A stretch of 28,175 nt of DNA from Chamaesiphon sp. (GTDB lineage: Bacteria > Cyanobacteriota > Cyanobacteriia > Cyanobacteriales > Chamaesiphonaceae). Numbering within the stretch: the stretch's first letter is position 1; every line of letters starts with the position of its first letter. Below the pieces are notes generated by a model. It did no database searches and was not told where the DNA came from. It saw nothing but the letters and a program-made list of their open reading frames with translations. Location: the NCBI GenBank assembly GCA_965246715.1, contig CBDFFH010000024.1:1-28175 (forward strand), read 5' to 3'. The translations under genes and the position numbers were made by a program. Of the stretch, positions 27,236-28,175 are shown piece after piece.

Positions 27236-28175
27236 CTATCCAATCGGTTTAGTAACATCTACACCGAGATTGCCCAATTTTGGACTCCACCACTGCCCTT
27301 CCTTCCCTCGAAAATAGGCGACATCTTTGTGTTTTGGTTTAGTTCTAGCAATCGCATCCGAACACCTTAACATTGACTTGGCTTGCCCGTCCTTCATGTA
27401 GCTATATTCTTCCAGCGGCTTCTGACAAACCGGACACGGATATTCGGTAGGTTTTGGTGGAGATGTTTGCTCGGTTTTTGCCTGTGGAATTTGCCATTCA
27501 TTCGCTCGATCCGACCAAAACATCACCAACCCTTTACCTTCGCTATCTTTGCATCCATCCTCACACTTGAGAAAATACCCCTTCTTCACCTTCTTAGTGG
27601 GTACTTTGGACATTGGTTTACTGCAAGTCGGACATTTCGATCGCGATTTCTCCAGTTCCTTACCCTGGAACGAGCCATAATCCTGCTCCGGCAGATTCTT
27701 AGTAGCCTTACTCAATGCAGGTGCGAAATAGCTCCGGTTCCACTCAATCAGGTAACTTTGCCATTCCTGCTGACCCTTGGAAATTGCATCGAGTTGAGTT
27801 TCCATCCCAGCGGTGAATTCCGATTGAATCAATTCTGGTAAAGCTTGCATCAGAAAATCATCCACTTGCAAACCAACAGTCGTCGGCTGCACTTTACTCT
27901 TAACTAGTTCGACATAATTACGTTGCTTGAGCGTGGCAATAGTAGGCGCGTAAGTAGAAGGACGACCGATACCCTTACGTTCCATCAGTTGGACGAGTTT
28001 TGGCTCGGAATAGCGTGGCGGTGGTTGGGTTTGCTTCTGCTCGTGACTGACGTTTGCTGCGGTAAGCGGTTGCTGGGGTTGCAAGCTAGGCAATACGGCA
28101 TCGCCGCTGATATCCTTCCAATATTTGGCATAGCCTGCAAATTCCAGCATTTGCCCTCTGGCTTGCCACTGAATC
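27236..28175 (-). CDS. topA: Type IA DNA topoisomerase, C-terminal part; gene starts beyond the right edge
   Basis: TQPPPRYSE, MERKGIGRPSTYA, FTAGME..LD and Cys ribbons CPTC/CPVC. The frame is open to the window edge (IQWQARGQML...). Confidence 0.92.
   Translation of the reverse strand, partial: IQWQARGQMLEFAGYAKYWKDISGDAVLPSLQPQQPLTAANVSHEQKQTQPPPRYSEPKLVQLMERKGIGRPSTYAPTIATLKQRNYVELVKSKVQPTTVGLQVDDFLMQALPELIQSEFTAGMETQLDAISKGQQEWQSYLIEWNRSYFAPALSKATKNLPEQDYGSFQGKELEKSRSKCPTCSKPMSKVPTKKVKKGYFLKCEDGCKDSEGKGLVMFWSDRANEWQIPQAKTEQTSPPKPTEYPCPVCQKPLEEYSYMKDGQAKSMLRCSDAIARTKPKHKDVAYFRGKEGQWWSPKLGNLGVDVTKPIG

Overview
Cyanobacterial DNA (very dense CGATCG/GCGATCGC HIP1-type sites; Chamaesiphon-like by inference), probably a plasmid or integrated-element region. 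The right end carries backbone-type DNA metabolism genes (topoisomerase IA 3' part, HEAT-repeat alkylation repair protein, RecD2 helicase). The rest is accessory stress/envelope/redox cargo in three apparent operons, each preceded by the same CTCACA direct-repeat plus -10 promoter architecture. Four IS elements are present (ISL3, an internally deleted IS110, ISAs1, IS66), plus several MITE-like elements and 22-25 nt dispersed hairpin repeats. The most notable item is the IS110 at 10210-11249. It sits in a 24-nt double-hairpin repeat, which itself sits in a CGATCG site inside a GerMN gene that ISL3 also interrupts. Its 5' non-coding end contains a foldable ~150-nt bridge/seek-type RNA with segments matching that repeat and the element's own end. 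ISAs1 marks a deletion/rearrangement joining a 5' exoD fragment to a decapitated CheB/CheR-type hybrid kinase. All coordinates and alignments were read by eye; no searches were run.
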